From Octopus sinensis (taxonomy: Eukaryota): a stretch of DNA of 64,000 nt. How positions within the stretch are numbered: the first letter of the stretch is position 1; every line of letters starts with the position of its first letter. Positions 39,385 through 53,179 of this stretch are shown here, piece after piece. The stretch is from assembly GCF_006345805.1 (NCBI RefSeq), contig NC_043005.1, positions 19,840,001 through 19,904,000 on the forward strand. The letters are read 5' to 3'. Below the pieces are notes generated by a model. That model saw only the letters and a list, made by a program, of their open reading frames with translations, ran no database searches and had not been told where the DNA came from. The translations under genes were made by a program, and so were the position numbers.

Positions 39385-39433
39385 TATATATATACATACA
39401 TATATATAAACACACATATAAATATATCCATAC

Positions 39434-39467
<34 letters not shown>

Positions 39468-40299
39468 TGGTGTGTGTGTGTTGGTGGGTACCAAGTCGTT
39501 ATTCCTTTCTGTTTCATTTTAGTTCATTAACCGTTACTAAATTGTTAATTCGCAATGCAGGCATAAGAAAAAATCAATGATTTCGATACGTAGGCGCTTG
39601 AAATTAAATGCGAAATATCATTTATAGTGCTACTGTAGATACATACATACATGCCTACATACATACATAGAAGCATACTTACATGCATACATACATGCAT
39701 ACGTGTATGGTTTATGTATGTATATGTATGTATGAATGCATGTATGTCTGTATTATGTATGTGCGTGTTTATGTGGGTGTGGAAAGTGTGTGTTTACACA
39801 GATGTGTGTGTGCATGTGCGTTTATATTTACATCAAGATTGTTATCTGTTATCGTCTTTTTACTGGTGTAAAAAGAAAGCACAAATATTGACTTGGATTT
39901 TGAGATTCTTTTAGAAGTTCCCAATAAAAGATAGGATAAGCATTCGCCAAACACTATGCACATTACAATACATTCCACGTGATAAGTAGACCAGACAAAG
40001 AGCAGATTTAATCTCAGAACAATTGTTCTTCTTGTTATTCTTAAAAGACTGCTTTACACATAGTCCCGCTAATCTGAAATTTCCTTTTAGATGTGATGTG
40101 TTTGTTTTGTGCGTTGGTGGAGGATAGAGTGGAAGTGGCGTTGACGAGGTACATCTGCGCTTTGGTGTGTGATACAAGAACACAAGGACAACATGCATAT
40201 ATTATGTATGTATGTATGCATGTATGTATGTATGCATGCATGCATGTATGTATAAATGTGTATATATATATATATATACGTATATATAGGGAGAATTCA

Positions 40300-40450
40300 C
40301 AAAAAGAAAAACAAAAGACGAAGGCTGGTGGTGTAGGCAACAAACATGTATTAGTTTAACGCTCGGGAAGTGAAAAAGTCTTTAACGTTTCGAGCCTACG
40401 ATCTTCCACAGAAAGGAACACAGAAAGAAAGAAGGAGAGAAAATAAAGAA
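40300..40450 (-). mobile_element. Short repeat with a variant-core HHR-like motif (40378-40415)
   Basis: The minus strand reads cttt-CTGTGGA-a-gatc-gtag-gctc-GAAA-cg-tt-aaag. Homologous to 42960-43140. Confidence 0.7.
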
Positions 40451-40557
40451 TGTGTAGTATGTATAAATGTATGTATGTATATGTATATTGATATATGTAT
40501 GTATGGATGGATGCATGCATGCATGCATGTATGTATATATAAATGTATGTGTGTGTG

Positions 40558-40588
<31 letters not shown>

Positions 40589-40880
40589 GTATGTATAACT
40601 GTATGTATGCATGCATGTTTGTATATATGTATATAATTTAAGCAAAATTGAACAAAGAGAAAAACTCCGAATAGCCAGTTGCATGTATTTGAACAATGTT
40701 AACAAATATAGGTGTATCAAATATCATACAACATAAATTCATGATACATGAAAATTATCTCAAGACGACAATTATTCCAACTTATCTCCAGTAGCCAAAG
40801 GGACACAGACTTACACAAAAAAAAGTAAAGCGCATTTATACCCGAAATAATTTGCACATGAATATATGCATAGATGCATG

Positions 40881-40969
<89 letters not shown>

Positions 40970-41944
40970 GTGTGTGAGTGTGTATGTATGAGGGCGTATA
41001 TCGTAGTCATTAAGAGTGTTCGGCTCTCGCGATATCAGTATCGTGTGTTCAATTACGGACTGGGCGGCGCGTTTTGTCTACAAGCAAGGTATTTAATTTT
41101 ACTACATAAACGCCAGAAGCAACTCGCTTTTGCGAATTGTTTCTGATACCTATGTAGTTACTTCTACAAAGCCATGCCTGTTTGCATTTGATGGCTAGCT
41201 TACATGTATATCTGGGTGTGTATATGTGTGTGTATATTGTATATTCATAATAATTTTACTGATAGTCACTTCGAAGTTTTACCAAGATCATGGTTTATTT
41301 AAACCAGTTTTATCACCATCTTGGTCAAAGGAACACTTCATTGTACATCTTCAAACTAATATTTAAACGCGTTGGTAAACACAAAACATAAAGTAACACT
41401 CTAGTGAATGTGTGTGTATATACAAAACTTTCGCTCTCTTCTTTCACCTCTTTGTGGGGTTAATAATCTTAATCTTTAGTTACAGTTTCTCATTCAAACT
41501 ACTTAATAGGCAGAACTGTCGGATTAAGACAGTAGGGTGTTTTGAGGGAGATTTGGCAGCTATTTCTACTAGGTCTAGCTACTATGTACAGGTCTGAACT
41601 TAATTTTCATTTACATATGCCTAACGGAAAATGATCACAGCCACATCATCCAAATTGTCTCATGCTATCTCTGATGGCGCGAGGTCGGGAAGCAAGAGGT
41701 ATATAAGTTAACATTTGTAAATCTATCTAAAGGAATGTTACGCTGAAGAAGGGAATGGATTTGTTTATAATTCTGACCCAGAAACACGTCCATAACTAAC
41801 CGAAGACTTTGTTTTCGTTATTTTTCATCCTGTTTTACATAAGTGAGTTACATGTATGTGTTATATGTGGAGTTATATTTGTAGAAAATAGAAAGAAGCG
41901 GTCTTTAACTGCTATTTCTAATTTTTCGCTATGTAAGTAAGCAA

Positions 41945-42276
<332 letters not shown>

Positions 42277-42959
42277 GCGTGTGTGTATGTGTGTACGACA
42301 GACTTTTTTCAGTTTCATTCTACCAAATCCCTTCATAAGGCTTTGGTTGGTCTGTGGCTATAGTAAACGACACTTGCTCAAGGTACCATGTCTGATTTGT
42401 ATATTTTATTTCTATTTATTTACCAAGATGTTTAATATACATCAACAAACAAAAAACAAAAAAAAACAACAGGTGCCATTTGATTGGTCATTGTTAGTTC
42501 CATATCAAAACCAGCAGGCGATGCACGTCAGAATGGACATCATCGGGAAGATAAGCAACCGCTGAACAATTGACTGAACAACAACACCCCCACTGAATTA
42601 CAGTTAAAATCCAAGCGACTAACTTCCATAGGGTTTCTGTCTATCTAACTGCACTTATAAGCTTGTGCATCACTGATTTCAGTGACAAAGATTACGTCCT
42701 ACATCTACAACCAAACTACATACAATATTCTACCGTTTATATTAAATGTTTTAATTATTACTAACAGCACCAACAATGCTCGTCCACACGGTGGTCAATG
42801 ATTTCGATACGCGGTGTCCACATAGGGTCTCTACTGTTGGAGCATACATATATGTATGTACGTATGAACCAATATATATACATGAATACATGCATACATA
42901 CATACATACATACATACATACATACATACATACATACATACATACATACATACATACAT

Positions 42960-43140
42960 AAAGGGAAAGTTTACGAAAATAAACAAAAGACGAAGGCAGG
43001 TGGAGTACAAACAAACAAATGTATTAGAATAGCACTCAGGAATAGAAAAAAGTCTTTTACGTTTCGAGCCTACACTCTTCGACAGAAAGATACACAGAAA
43101 AAAAACAAGGAGAGAAAAAAATGCAGTAGGAGCTAACGAT
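42960..43140 (-). mobile_element. Short repeat with a variant-core HHR-like motif (43053-43090)
   Basis: The minus strand reads tcttt-CTGTCGA-a-gagt-gtag-gctc-GAAA-cg-ta-aaaga. Confidence 0.72.
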
Positions 43141-44081
43141 CTATACATACATATGAACGAAAGGATGTCATTAGAGAAAAATTTGGCTGCTATTTTTAGC
43201 TAGTTTACCACGTTCTGGCTAGAAGAGGGTGGACTTCGCGGGGTTGAAAATGTCCAAGACTCGTTCTATGTCATGACACGTCCCCTGCGACTCTTATGGA
43301 ATCCAGGGCCGCGAGCACTGGACAAAATGCCATACGGTATATGTTTCGGCTCTTTTAGTTCTGGTTTCAAATCCTGTCGAAGTCAACAATGCTTTTTATC
43401 CTTTTGGAGTCGATAAAATCAAGTACCTGTAAAGCACTAGAGGAGATAGTATTGTCTAAACACCATCCTCTCAAGACTATGGGGCTTGTAGCTAAACTAG
43501 AAATCATATGCTTACATGTATATGTGTATATACGTGAATATGTGTGAATAAGTGCCTATGTTTATATGAATATATACGTGTGTATGTATGCATGTGTGTT
43601 TGTATACACGTGTAGATGTGAATATATGACCATGTGTGTATCAGACTGTGAGTTTTTACGGAGACCTACATATAGGTGTTATTTTATCAATTACTAATTA
43701 CTGCTTTCGTCTCCACCGTTTTTTTTTTCTTTATTTTTCCACTCTTCAAGATGAAAATAAATTCAATCTCTATAGCAAGAACTTAATTTCAATAGAATTT
43801 AGCACAATGACAATCAATACACATATGAAGAAAATGCTATCGAACTCTATACCTAAACATTAAGAGCATGCAGCTAAAACTGTTAAAGCCGCTACAAATG
43901 CGAGGCCTCCCTGACCATCGCCGATGATCTCTTCCGGTGATTTCATATCAGCCTACCTGTGTGTATACACACACACACACACACACACACATACATACAT
44001 ACATACATACATACATACATACATACATACATACATGTATACATGTATACATGTATACATACATACATGTATGTATGTATG

Positions 44082-44113
<32 letters not shown>

Positions 44114-44129
44114 TGTATGTATGTATGTA

Positions 44130-44159
<30 letters not shown>

Positions 44160-44164
<5 letters not shown>

Positions 44165-44300
44165 GAATAAAAAATGGAGTTAACGCAGGTGTAATCAAAT
44201 ATTTTTACTTTCGACACATGTTTCGAAAATTCCACTGATACTATTCAAAAGAATAAATGGTATAAACAATGCAATCTTCTCCTCGGGAAAGTGAAACAAA
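44160..44300 (-). mobile_element. Long-helix-II HHR family copy with a mutated core (44208-44291)
   Basis: The minus strand reads ctttc-CCGAGGA-gaaga...attttc-GAAA-catgtg-TC-gaaag. Confidence 0.75.
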
Positions 44301-44520
44301 TGAAACTCGTCAATAAGACATTTTAGCAAAAAATGATGGATTTGTATAGCGATAGACAGAACGCTATTAATATTATTTAAAAAAACGTTATATGATATAA
44401 CGTTATAAGTAGCTAACAGAAAGAGTAGGGATATTAATAGTGAATGTTAAATATAAAGGAAATTAAAGTTTAAATTATATATAATGATAGAGACTACTTA
44501 TATGCACTAAATATATATAT

Positions 44521-45170
44521 CAGTGGCGACTCCGGCACTCGGGCTGTTCGGGCTTAGCCCGAGTATAAATTTAGTTATGTGAACGTGTATTATCATCAAG
44601 CTAATTTAATTTCTGCCAACACTGACTTCAAGTATGTCATTTCAGCCAATAAGTCGGGCTCTTTCTATTAAGCCTGGTCGCAGTTAATCTAGTTTCGTTT
44701 AGCGTGTAGCGGTCGTCTTAGATGTACCCTGTGTCAAAAAATATCATTCGTAGCAGACGTTCTCTCGACGTGGTTCACATGCGCCTGACTCGGGCTCAGA
44801 AAATACATCCCGAATTGTTATCTATAATCGTAAAAATTAAAAGTAATTCAAATTCAATGTTTTCTTGAAACAATATATTTCTCTAGAGATTAGGATTTAA
44901 ATTCCAATCTATGAAAAGTTTCCGTTCCACAATATTCTTAAAGAAACGAAAATTTATTCGGCAACTCGGGTTAATACGAATGAAACTGGCAGATGTAACT
45001 GGCTTCTCGTCAACAGTACAAGCGACATTAGATTCTTGTACACTCCGCTGTCGTTATTTCATTGTGCATCTGTGTGTAAAGATCAGTAGTGTTTTGCAGG
45101 GTTGCTTTATTTTAACCCATAACTTAGAAATGGAGAAAGATATATATAAAAATTAGCCATTTGGGGTTAG
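44521..45170 (+). mobile_element. Possible hAT-like transposon end
   Basis: Starts TA|CAGTGGCG and has repeated ctcgggct/agcccgag subterminal-like motifs. No matching second end was found. Confidence 0.3.
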
Positions 45171-45338
45171 AAATAAAGCAGCAAAACGTGAAATTTTTCG
45201 AGCAGGTATGTGTCTTATGCGAAATCTGTGATGAGTCGGAGTGATGCTGATGACTTGGAGTTGTCTCTTCTACTATAGCCTCGGACTGAATAAAGCCTAG
45301 ATGGAAATCGAAAGAAGCCCGTCGTATATATATATATA

Positions 45339-45809
45339 TATAAGTATATGAAAGAATGGAGTTGAACGACTAGTTAACAAATATCCTTTATTCTCGACAT
45401 ATGTTTCGAAGGCTGCATATTCCTAATTCCGAAGGAATAAGGAGTACATTATGCAGATTTCTCATCAGGAAAATCAAGGAACTTATGTCGACATCAAAAT
45501 GCACAAAAAACTTTTAGCTGACCGCTCTTGAGAAATCTGCATAATGTACTCCTTATTCCTTCGGAATTAGGAATATGCAGCCTTCGAAACATAGGTCGAG
45601 AATAAAGGATATTTGTTAACTAGTCGTTCAACTCCATTCTTTCATATACTTATAATTTTAAAATAAACATACAAATTTCCACACGAAGACACGTAGTCTA
45701 TGCCCTAGGGACGTAGCTTCAACCGTGTTCTTTCTGATGTGAATTTGCTACCCAGGTATCGGTTATCTTTCGAATTATCCTTAATAAGATAATTCCTTCA
45801 ACTACTCAA

Positions 45810-45810
<1 letters not shown>
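45339..45810. mobile_element. HHR-bearing element with an inverted (fold-back) 5' part, inside the (TA)n of a family D SINE
   Basis: Arms 45339-45464 and 45529-45654, 1 mismatch seen. The tail 45655-45800 is homologous to 48790-48920. Confidence 0.88.
45391..45473 (-). ncRNA. Type-I hammerhead ribozyme with a long helix II
   Basis: uuuuc-CUGAUGA-GAA..CUGCAUA..UCCU.AUUCC-uuc-GGAAU.AGGA..UAUGCAG..UUC-GAAA-CAUAUG-UC-gagaa. GUC site at 45398-45396. Confidence 0.8.
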
Positions 45811-45856
<46 letters not shown>

Positions 45857-45869
45857 TGTATGTATGTGT

Positions 45870-46090
45870 GTGTTTGTGTATGTATGCATTTGTGTATCTG
45901 TGTTTGTTCCCCCACCATCGCTTCACAACCGATGTTAGTGTGTTTACGCCCCCGTCACTTAGCGGTTCGGCAAAAGAAACTGATAGAAGAAGTACTAGGC
46001 TTACAAAAAATAAGTCCTGGGGTCGATTTGTTCGACTAAAGTCGGTCCTCCAGCATGGCCTTGTCAAATGACTGAAACAAGTAAAAGAAT
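45870..46090 (+). mobile_element. SINE family D, 3' half (5' remnant at ~45265-45325)
   Basis: Matches the family D tail. Confidence 0.85.
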
Positions 46091-46106
46091 AAAGGAATAT
46101 AAAGAA

Positions 46107-46187
<81 letters not shown>

Positions 46188-47082
46188 CTAAGAAGTAGAA
46201 AGAGCAGAAGAACGAAAGGAAACAAGAGTATGTGGAGAATAACAGAGATGAGAAGCTAAAATGAGAAAGAAGGAAATATGGGAGACACGAGGCACGATGC
46301 AGACGATAAGTTGGCACCAAACCACGTGATTATATGGGATGCAGACGATAAGTTGACACCAAACCACGTGATTAAATGGAACGAGCAGGTGAAATATCGC
46401 ATAACACACTTTATTAACACTGTCATACAACTAATGTCCTTTTGATGTTAATTATATATTAAATGTATTTGAAATATATTCTAAGAAAGAAAAGATTATT
46501 GCTTAAATACCCTACAAACTCAGTTTTAGATATGAAGAATGGCCACATTGTTTGAGAAGAAAAGCCTTAAATATATTTTTTTTTTTTGTAAGTTCAATAG
46601 ACACTAAAGAAATTTTCAAAATTATATTTCAAGAAATAAGAAAACATACCGCTACATAGTTTTACTCTCAAAGCTAAATTAAATTAATACTTGCTTGTTG
46701 AAGCCTTTTAATGATACGTAATTTTTGTATTAATACTTTAGCTTGTGGAATTTTAAATCTGTTTGTGGGGAATTAGCACAGAAACCAAATAATATCCCAG
46801 TAACCGCACATAGAAACTTTGAGAGCCGCTGTTGGCCTCTTTTTTATATATTATTAGTTTGAAACTTACTTACTTACTTACCCCATTATACGTATCTACA
46901 TGAATACTTACATTTCCGTATAGCGTTCACCAGAGCCATACTCCTCAAAGGTATCTAAGAAACCTCTTCAAGAAATATCAAAAATAGAGCGTTGCTTGTA
47001 ACAGAATTAGATCTTTTGTTCTTCCAGGTCATTAGTCCCTCCCTCTCTCTCTCTCTCTTATGCATATGCACATACGCTCACA

Positions 47083-47121
<39 letters not shown>

Positions 47122-48344
47122 TTCTTTTGCTTTTGTTTTCTGCTTATTTTTGTTTTATTCCACATTTTTAATTGATGTAGGTAATGGCTGAAGAGAAAGA
47201 AGATACATCTGTGGGCATGTATCTATGAAAGTATATAAATGCCTGTGTGTGTATCTGTATGCGTACCAGTGTGCGCGTGTGTATGTATGTACATGCATAA
47301 CTCATGTATACACACAGACTTGCACACTCGCATTTATATACATACATATTTGTGTGTACCATCTATACAGATGTATACATGTATGCATACACTTACACAC
47401 ACACAAACACATGTATACATACATATCTATGCATACATGTGTGTATGTGTCTGAGTATATGTGTATATGTGCACACATGCACGTTTGTATTTGTGTAAAC
47501 AGGCGTTCATATAGACATATATATAACCAAGCACAGAGATATATATTTATACAAAAATACATGCATGCATCGTATGTGTGTTTATCTATTCAAATATTTT
47601 AGTATGTATCACCTGAGACCGAACAAATACAAATACTAGCCTATCTATTTCGCTTTCTCTCTATCTAGCCATCTATCCAGCTACTTATCTGTTTCCCTAT
47701 ACCTCCCTACCTTTTGGATGAGTGGAAGCAAGTTTTCAATATTGTTATTGATCCATTGTGTTTTAGTACGTCGTGTTGATGGAGTACGGATATTTGCTTC
47801 TTTTCATTGTATTCTTACCAAAAGACCCAACATAAAGAAAGCTTACAGAGGTTGTACGAATACAGGAAGCAGATATGCATATAGCATAAGCAGTCACAAG
47901 AAAGAATGACTGGAGTAACGTCTCCCCTCCCTGATGCACCAGTCACAACCAATGTAAAAGAAGAATAAGATTACAATAAGATTAAAACCAGTTAAAGCCA
48001 CACACACGCCCGCACATACATATACACACACATTCACATACACACACACATACACACACATGACGTGTCCCGTGCTTGACATACTGATGAAAACAATTGC
48101 CTGGCATAGCAGAGAAACCACTTGGTAAATGTTCTTGAAAATTTCAACACATAGATAAGGAAGGACACAGACAAAATGTAGGGAAAATTTCTGGGAATAT
48201 AAATGAAAAAAACATCAAGAAGTGAACAACAACTGGTGACTGTGTTTATAAGCTTTAATATACCGCCTCCAAAATTTAGCAATATTGGTCTCAGTACAAG
48301 TACACGGCTTCAAACGAAAATTCTTGCCAAACAAATTTATATAT

Positions 48345-48561
<217 letters not shown>

Positions 48562-48649
48562 CGGATTTTTAAATACTTAATAACGTTCTGTTTATCATGT
48601 AGGCAGTCATCGTAATTGTTATAATGTCTTGTTGAGAGAGGCTCTCTTT

Positions 48650-48731
48650 CTTTCCTGATGAGAAGATTGCATTTTACACCGTTTAATCCTTTGGAATAAA
48701 ACCGTGTTGTCTTCGAAACATATGTCGAAAG
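48650..48731 (+). ncRNA. Type-I hammerhead ribozyme with a long helix II, in a ~270-bp element (48650-48920)
   Basis: CUUUC-CUGAUGA(48655-61)-GAAGA...UCUUC-GAAA(48715-18)-CAUAUG-UC(48726)-GAAAG. Core intact, 5-bp helix I, palindromic helix III. Confidence 0.82.
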
Positions 48732-48944
48732 TAAAAGAATTGTATTAACATCTTCGTTCAATTCCATTTATTTATTAATTCATTTATAACACACAAATTA
48801 CTGCACATTAACCCGGAGTTTCTACCTTTGGATAGGTCGCTTCAACCGTGTTTCTGACGTGAATTTTGCTACCAAGGTAACGGTTTATTGAATTTTCCAT
48901 GTTAACGGTAAACATAGGATAATTCATTCATCCATTTATATATA

Positions 48945-48984
<40 letters not shown>

Positions 48985-49994
48985 TAACAAAGATGTACAT
49001 TACGGCCGTTCGAGCGGCTCCATTTACTTGATTAATGAGAACATTACACCAATCTGAAGAAACGGCTCTCTTCAGATGATCGCATAGGCATGAAACATAA
49101 AGGATAAACCATTTTTTAAAGCAAGTTTACCTCAGTAATGGAAACCAAAATATTTACATAGTCTCCTTTTGTTATATGTGTGGCAGAATGAGCTTAGAAA
49201 ATAATGCATTCCTTGTTAAGCCTACTGTAATTTAGAGAATAGCAGGGGAAATAGTGGCGGGGAGTCGAGATAAAAGAAGTGGCGACATAGATACTTATAC
49301 TTAGAAGACTTTATGTACCATGCAGTCTTCTACCATTTAGAATTAAATCCCCAGGGATTTGTCAACAATATGCTAGTTGATGGTTATAAATCAGTTAAAG
49401 TCAGATAATCTACTAGACTCTCAATGTACTGGAACCTTATATCTAGCTTTATCTACATAAAAGGGTATGCGACATTTTCACTGTAATGCTTACTAATAGA
49501 TTGGATTTGGAGAATCCACCTCAGTTTCTTTTCCTCTTTCTTCGAAAAATCTAGTGATGTTGAAATTCCAATGCATTTTTGATGATAGATACAAATGAGA
49601 ATTTATAGTCAGGGTACAAGAGTTGTAAGTTCCACATTGTATGTATGTATGTATGTATGTATGTATGTATGTATGTATGTATGTATGTATGTATGTATGT
49701 ATGTATGTATGTATGTATTATGTATGAGTGCGTGCGTGTGTGATTATTCAGTTTTACTTCAAGATTTCGTAGCAAGCGAGAAAGAGCCGGTTTCTAACCT
49801 AGACCTAAAGCGCCTTCATTGGAATTTCAACATCAACAACATCGTATTTTTGAATGTATGTATGTATGTATGTATGTATGTATGTATGTATGTATGTATG
49901 TATGTATGTATGTATGTATGCATGTATGTATGTATGCATGTATACGTGCAGATTTGTATGTTTAATGAATGTCTTCTCATGCATTGACTTGTAT

Positions 49995-50222
49995 ATCTAG
50001 ACCTGCTCATATGTATTTACATGATAAACTTCTGGAAAGTTTTACAGATTATTACAGTTCCAGTGATAGCTTGGATCTGTAGTCTTCGGATCAGCTTTCT
50101 CCTTTCATGTTTTGAGAAGCCTAATTTCTCAAGATTGGTATTTAGGCAGTGTGTTACATATTTCAGAGCTCCAATAATTACAGGTATAAACCTGAACTTG
50201 TAACTGTATAGAGTAACTGTAT
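49995..50222 (-). mobile_element. R4/Dong-like LINE, extreme 3' end (a further short fragment lies at ~49575-49635)
   Basis: ORF 50017-50328 YKFRFIPVIIGALKYVTHCLNTNLEKLGFSKHERRKLIRRLQIQAITGTVIICKTFQKF. The short fragment reads NLQLLYPDYKF. Confidence 0.82.
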
Positions 50223-52171
50223 CCATGTATGTATGTATGTATGTATGTATGTATGTATGTATGTATGTATATATGTATGTATATATGTATGTATGTATGT
50301 ATGTGCGTATGTGTGTGTGTGCGCGCACGTGTGCGTGTGTGTGTGTATTCGAAATCCGATATGATAATATTCGAAGATTAGATTCTCACTATTGCTACTG
50401 TAAGTTCTTTGTTAGCTCTGCATTTTAACATTTCGGGATCGATAAAAATGTTCCAGTATGTGTATGTATGTATATGTATGTGTGTATGTCTATTACAGAG
50501 AGTGTGAGTTAGTAACAGAGTTCAAAGTTCCATGTATGATAGTTTTTACCTCTATCACTTTGAAAATATCTCTTGGATCATGCCTTCTGCATTCTTCGAA
50601 CAGTTACCACTTGCTATTCATGAATATGCACTTGCTAGAAGAATTATACGTCGTTATACAGTGATGTACCTTGATTGAGGTATTGTAGTTAATATATATA
50701 GAGAAATACAATGTTCATTTATTACATGCTTAAATAATTGAGGCGAACATTCACATCAAAAAACAATGTTTTAACTGGGTTAACTACTGATCAGAAAGTC
50801 ATTTACAATTCCACAACAGATACTATGAGTATTTATCTAGTACAGTGTCTGCCAAACTGCGTGCCGCGCCACACTGGTGTACCGCGAGAGATTTCTGGAA
50901 TGCCACGAAAAATATTTTCGGGATTTTCGGTAAACAGCTATCCAAGTATATTCGCAAAGTTCGAGCGTAAAAATAAATTAATTATATGCACGACGAACAG
51001 CAGTTTTGCTACATTATATCACATTTCTGCATTTAAACCGGGATTGTCTGTAAGTTAATTGTTTTAGTAGTCCTTATGTTAATTTTAATCGATTTTTAGT
51101 TTTAGGTTTAAACATGGACAACATTTTATTGAGACCTCAGAAAAATGAGAAAGGGAGTCATAGCAAACAAGATGAACACCAGAATATAAAGTCCACCTCA
51201 TCAAAACGAAAATATAATGAAAATTGCATCAAAAATGGTTTTATATTATCGGTAAAAGACAACTCGGTTCCTTTTTGTATGATTTGTTTAACACTCTCAA
51301 ATAAAACGATGGTTCAAGTAAACTTCAACGCCATTTAATAGCAAATCATCCGCAATTTAAGGAAAAACCAAAAGAAAACTTTGAAATGGTAAAAAATAAT
51401 TTTAAAATTCAATAAAAAAAGCTGAAGAAATTTCACTGAATTCCCGAGAAAGCTCAAGTTGCTTGTTACAAGATTGTCCAGCTTTTGGCAAAGAAGAAGA
51501 AAAAACCTCATTCTGAAGCTAAAAACGTTATCTTATCAGCCTTGGCGATCGCCGTTGGCACAATGATTAGTGATGAAGCTGTCAAACAAATGAAGACCAT
51601 TCCTTTGTCTGCCCACGCGATTTCTCATAAAATTCAAGACATTTCGCGAGACGTTGATGATCAGATTCCGCAAACATTTCAAAGCAAAATATGAACTTGA
51701 AAACTTGTGGGCCTTACAAATCGAATAAAGTACAGACATCAGCAACAAAGCTCAACTAATTTCATTTCTGCGAATCATCAAAGGTGGTAAAATCATAAGT
51801 CAATCTTTCCTTTGTGGTGAAGGAAAGAACGACAGGAGATGATGTCTTTAACCTGGTAAACCAAAATGTCGTATTGAGAGGTATGTAGAGGCAAACATAT
51901 ATTAGCGTTTGCATTGATGGCGCTCCATCCATGTAGGGTCGAGAAAATGGCTTTGTGGCTCATGTATTACAAAACAAATTTACAAGTTAGAATTGTACAT
52001 TACATGATTCACCAATAAGTTTTGGTGTCAAAGTTTCCACCTAATGGTCTCCTGAAGACGATGGACAACGTTGTTAAAGTGGTGAATTACATAAAATCGC
52101 ATTCCCTACGGTGCAGACTTTTGGCATCCCTATGTGAAACTATGGATTCTGATTTTAAGTGTTTACTGCTA

Positions 52172-52259
52172 AACATGAAAATAAACAAGCTTTTGACGGT
52201 TTTATTATTTCAAAATTATGATGCTATGACTCATGTGTTTCCATTATTTTGTCCAACCC

Positions 52260-52262
<3 letters not shown>
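52172..52262 (-). mobile_element. Isolated left-end fragment of the Tc1 family, inserted in the hAT transposase
   Basis: Reverse complement of caggggttggacaaaataatggaaacac...gtcaaaagcttgtttattt, followed by TA/(TA)n. Confidence 0.88.
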
Positions 52263-52298
<36 letters not shown>

Positions 52299-53179
52299 GT
52301 TCAGATTTACAGAAAACAAAAGACGAAGACAGGTTCGATGGTTCTCAAAAAGAAGAGTGCTCTCTTGATTTATCTCTTTGCGAACTGAAAATTCAGGATT
52401 TGAATTTCTTAACGCTGATAATTGGTGGCTGGAAGTAGCATTTCTCAGCGGTCTTTTTGAGAATTTGAACGTTTTAAATTTGAGTCTGCACGGAAACGAA
52501 AATATTTTTTTACAATTACAGGCAAATTGATGTCTTTCACCGACAAGTTAGAACTGTGGATAAGGAAAATTAAAAGCTCACAGCTTGATTGCTTCCCATG
52601 CGTAGAGGTTTTACCAAACAAATTTTAAATTATGTCAGAAGTGCAGAAGACAGTATAAAACCTGTCTGTATCATTTTCTAAGTATTTTCCAACACTTGAT
52701 TATCAAATGTACGAGTGGGTCATCAATCCTTTCGCAAGATTCAACAGTACACACTTGCCATTAACATATCTGCCCTCGTACCACAAAGCATAACCAAACC
52801 ACCACCACCACCACCACCATAGAAGAAGAAAATTTAACAGATTTGAAAATCGATCCTGTGCACAAAGCCTCACTTTTTTTTCTTTTTTTTTTGCTAGAAT
52901 TGTCAAGATTTTTTATTTCTCTTTGGAATCAATATCCTCGATTAGCTACAACAGCCGTTAAATCTCTGCCTTTTGGATCATCGTATCTTTTCGAATTAGG
53001 TATCTCTGCGCTCATGGAAATGAAGTAAAAAAAGACGGAAACGATTACAGGTGGTAGATAAGGAGTTACATATGGTTTTATCTAATTTAGAGCCGCGTTT
53101 TCACTAAATTCTTTCTCAAAATCAATTGCATCCTTCTCACTAAAAACATTATTATTGTATTATATTACCTATATATATA

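Noticed and set aside
49050-49115. cagatga-tcgcataggcat-gaaac as an HHR
   Set aside because: The core is mutated and there is no helix III or cleavage triplet.
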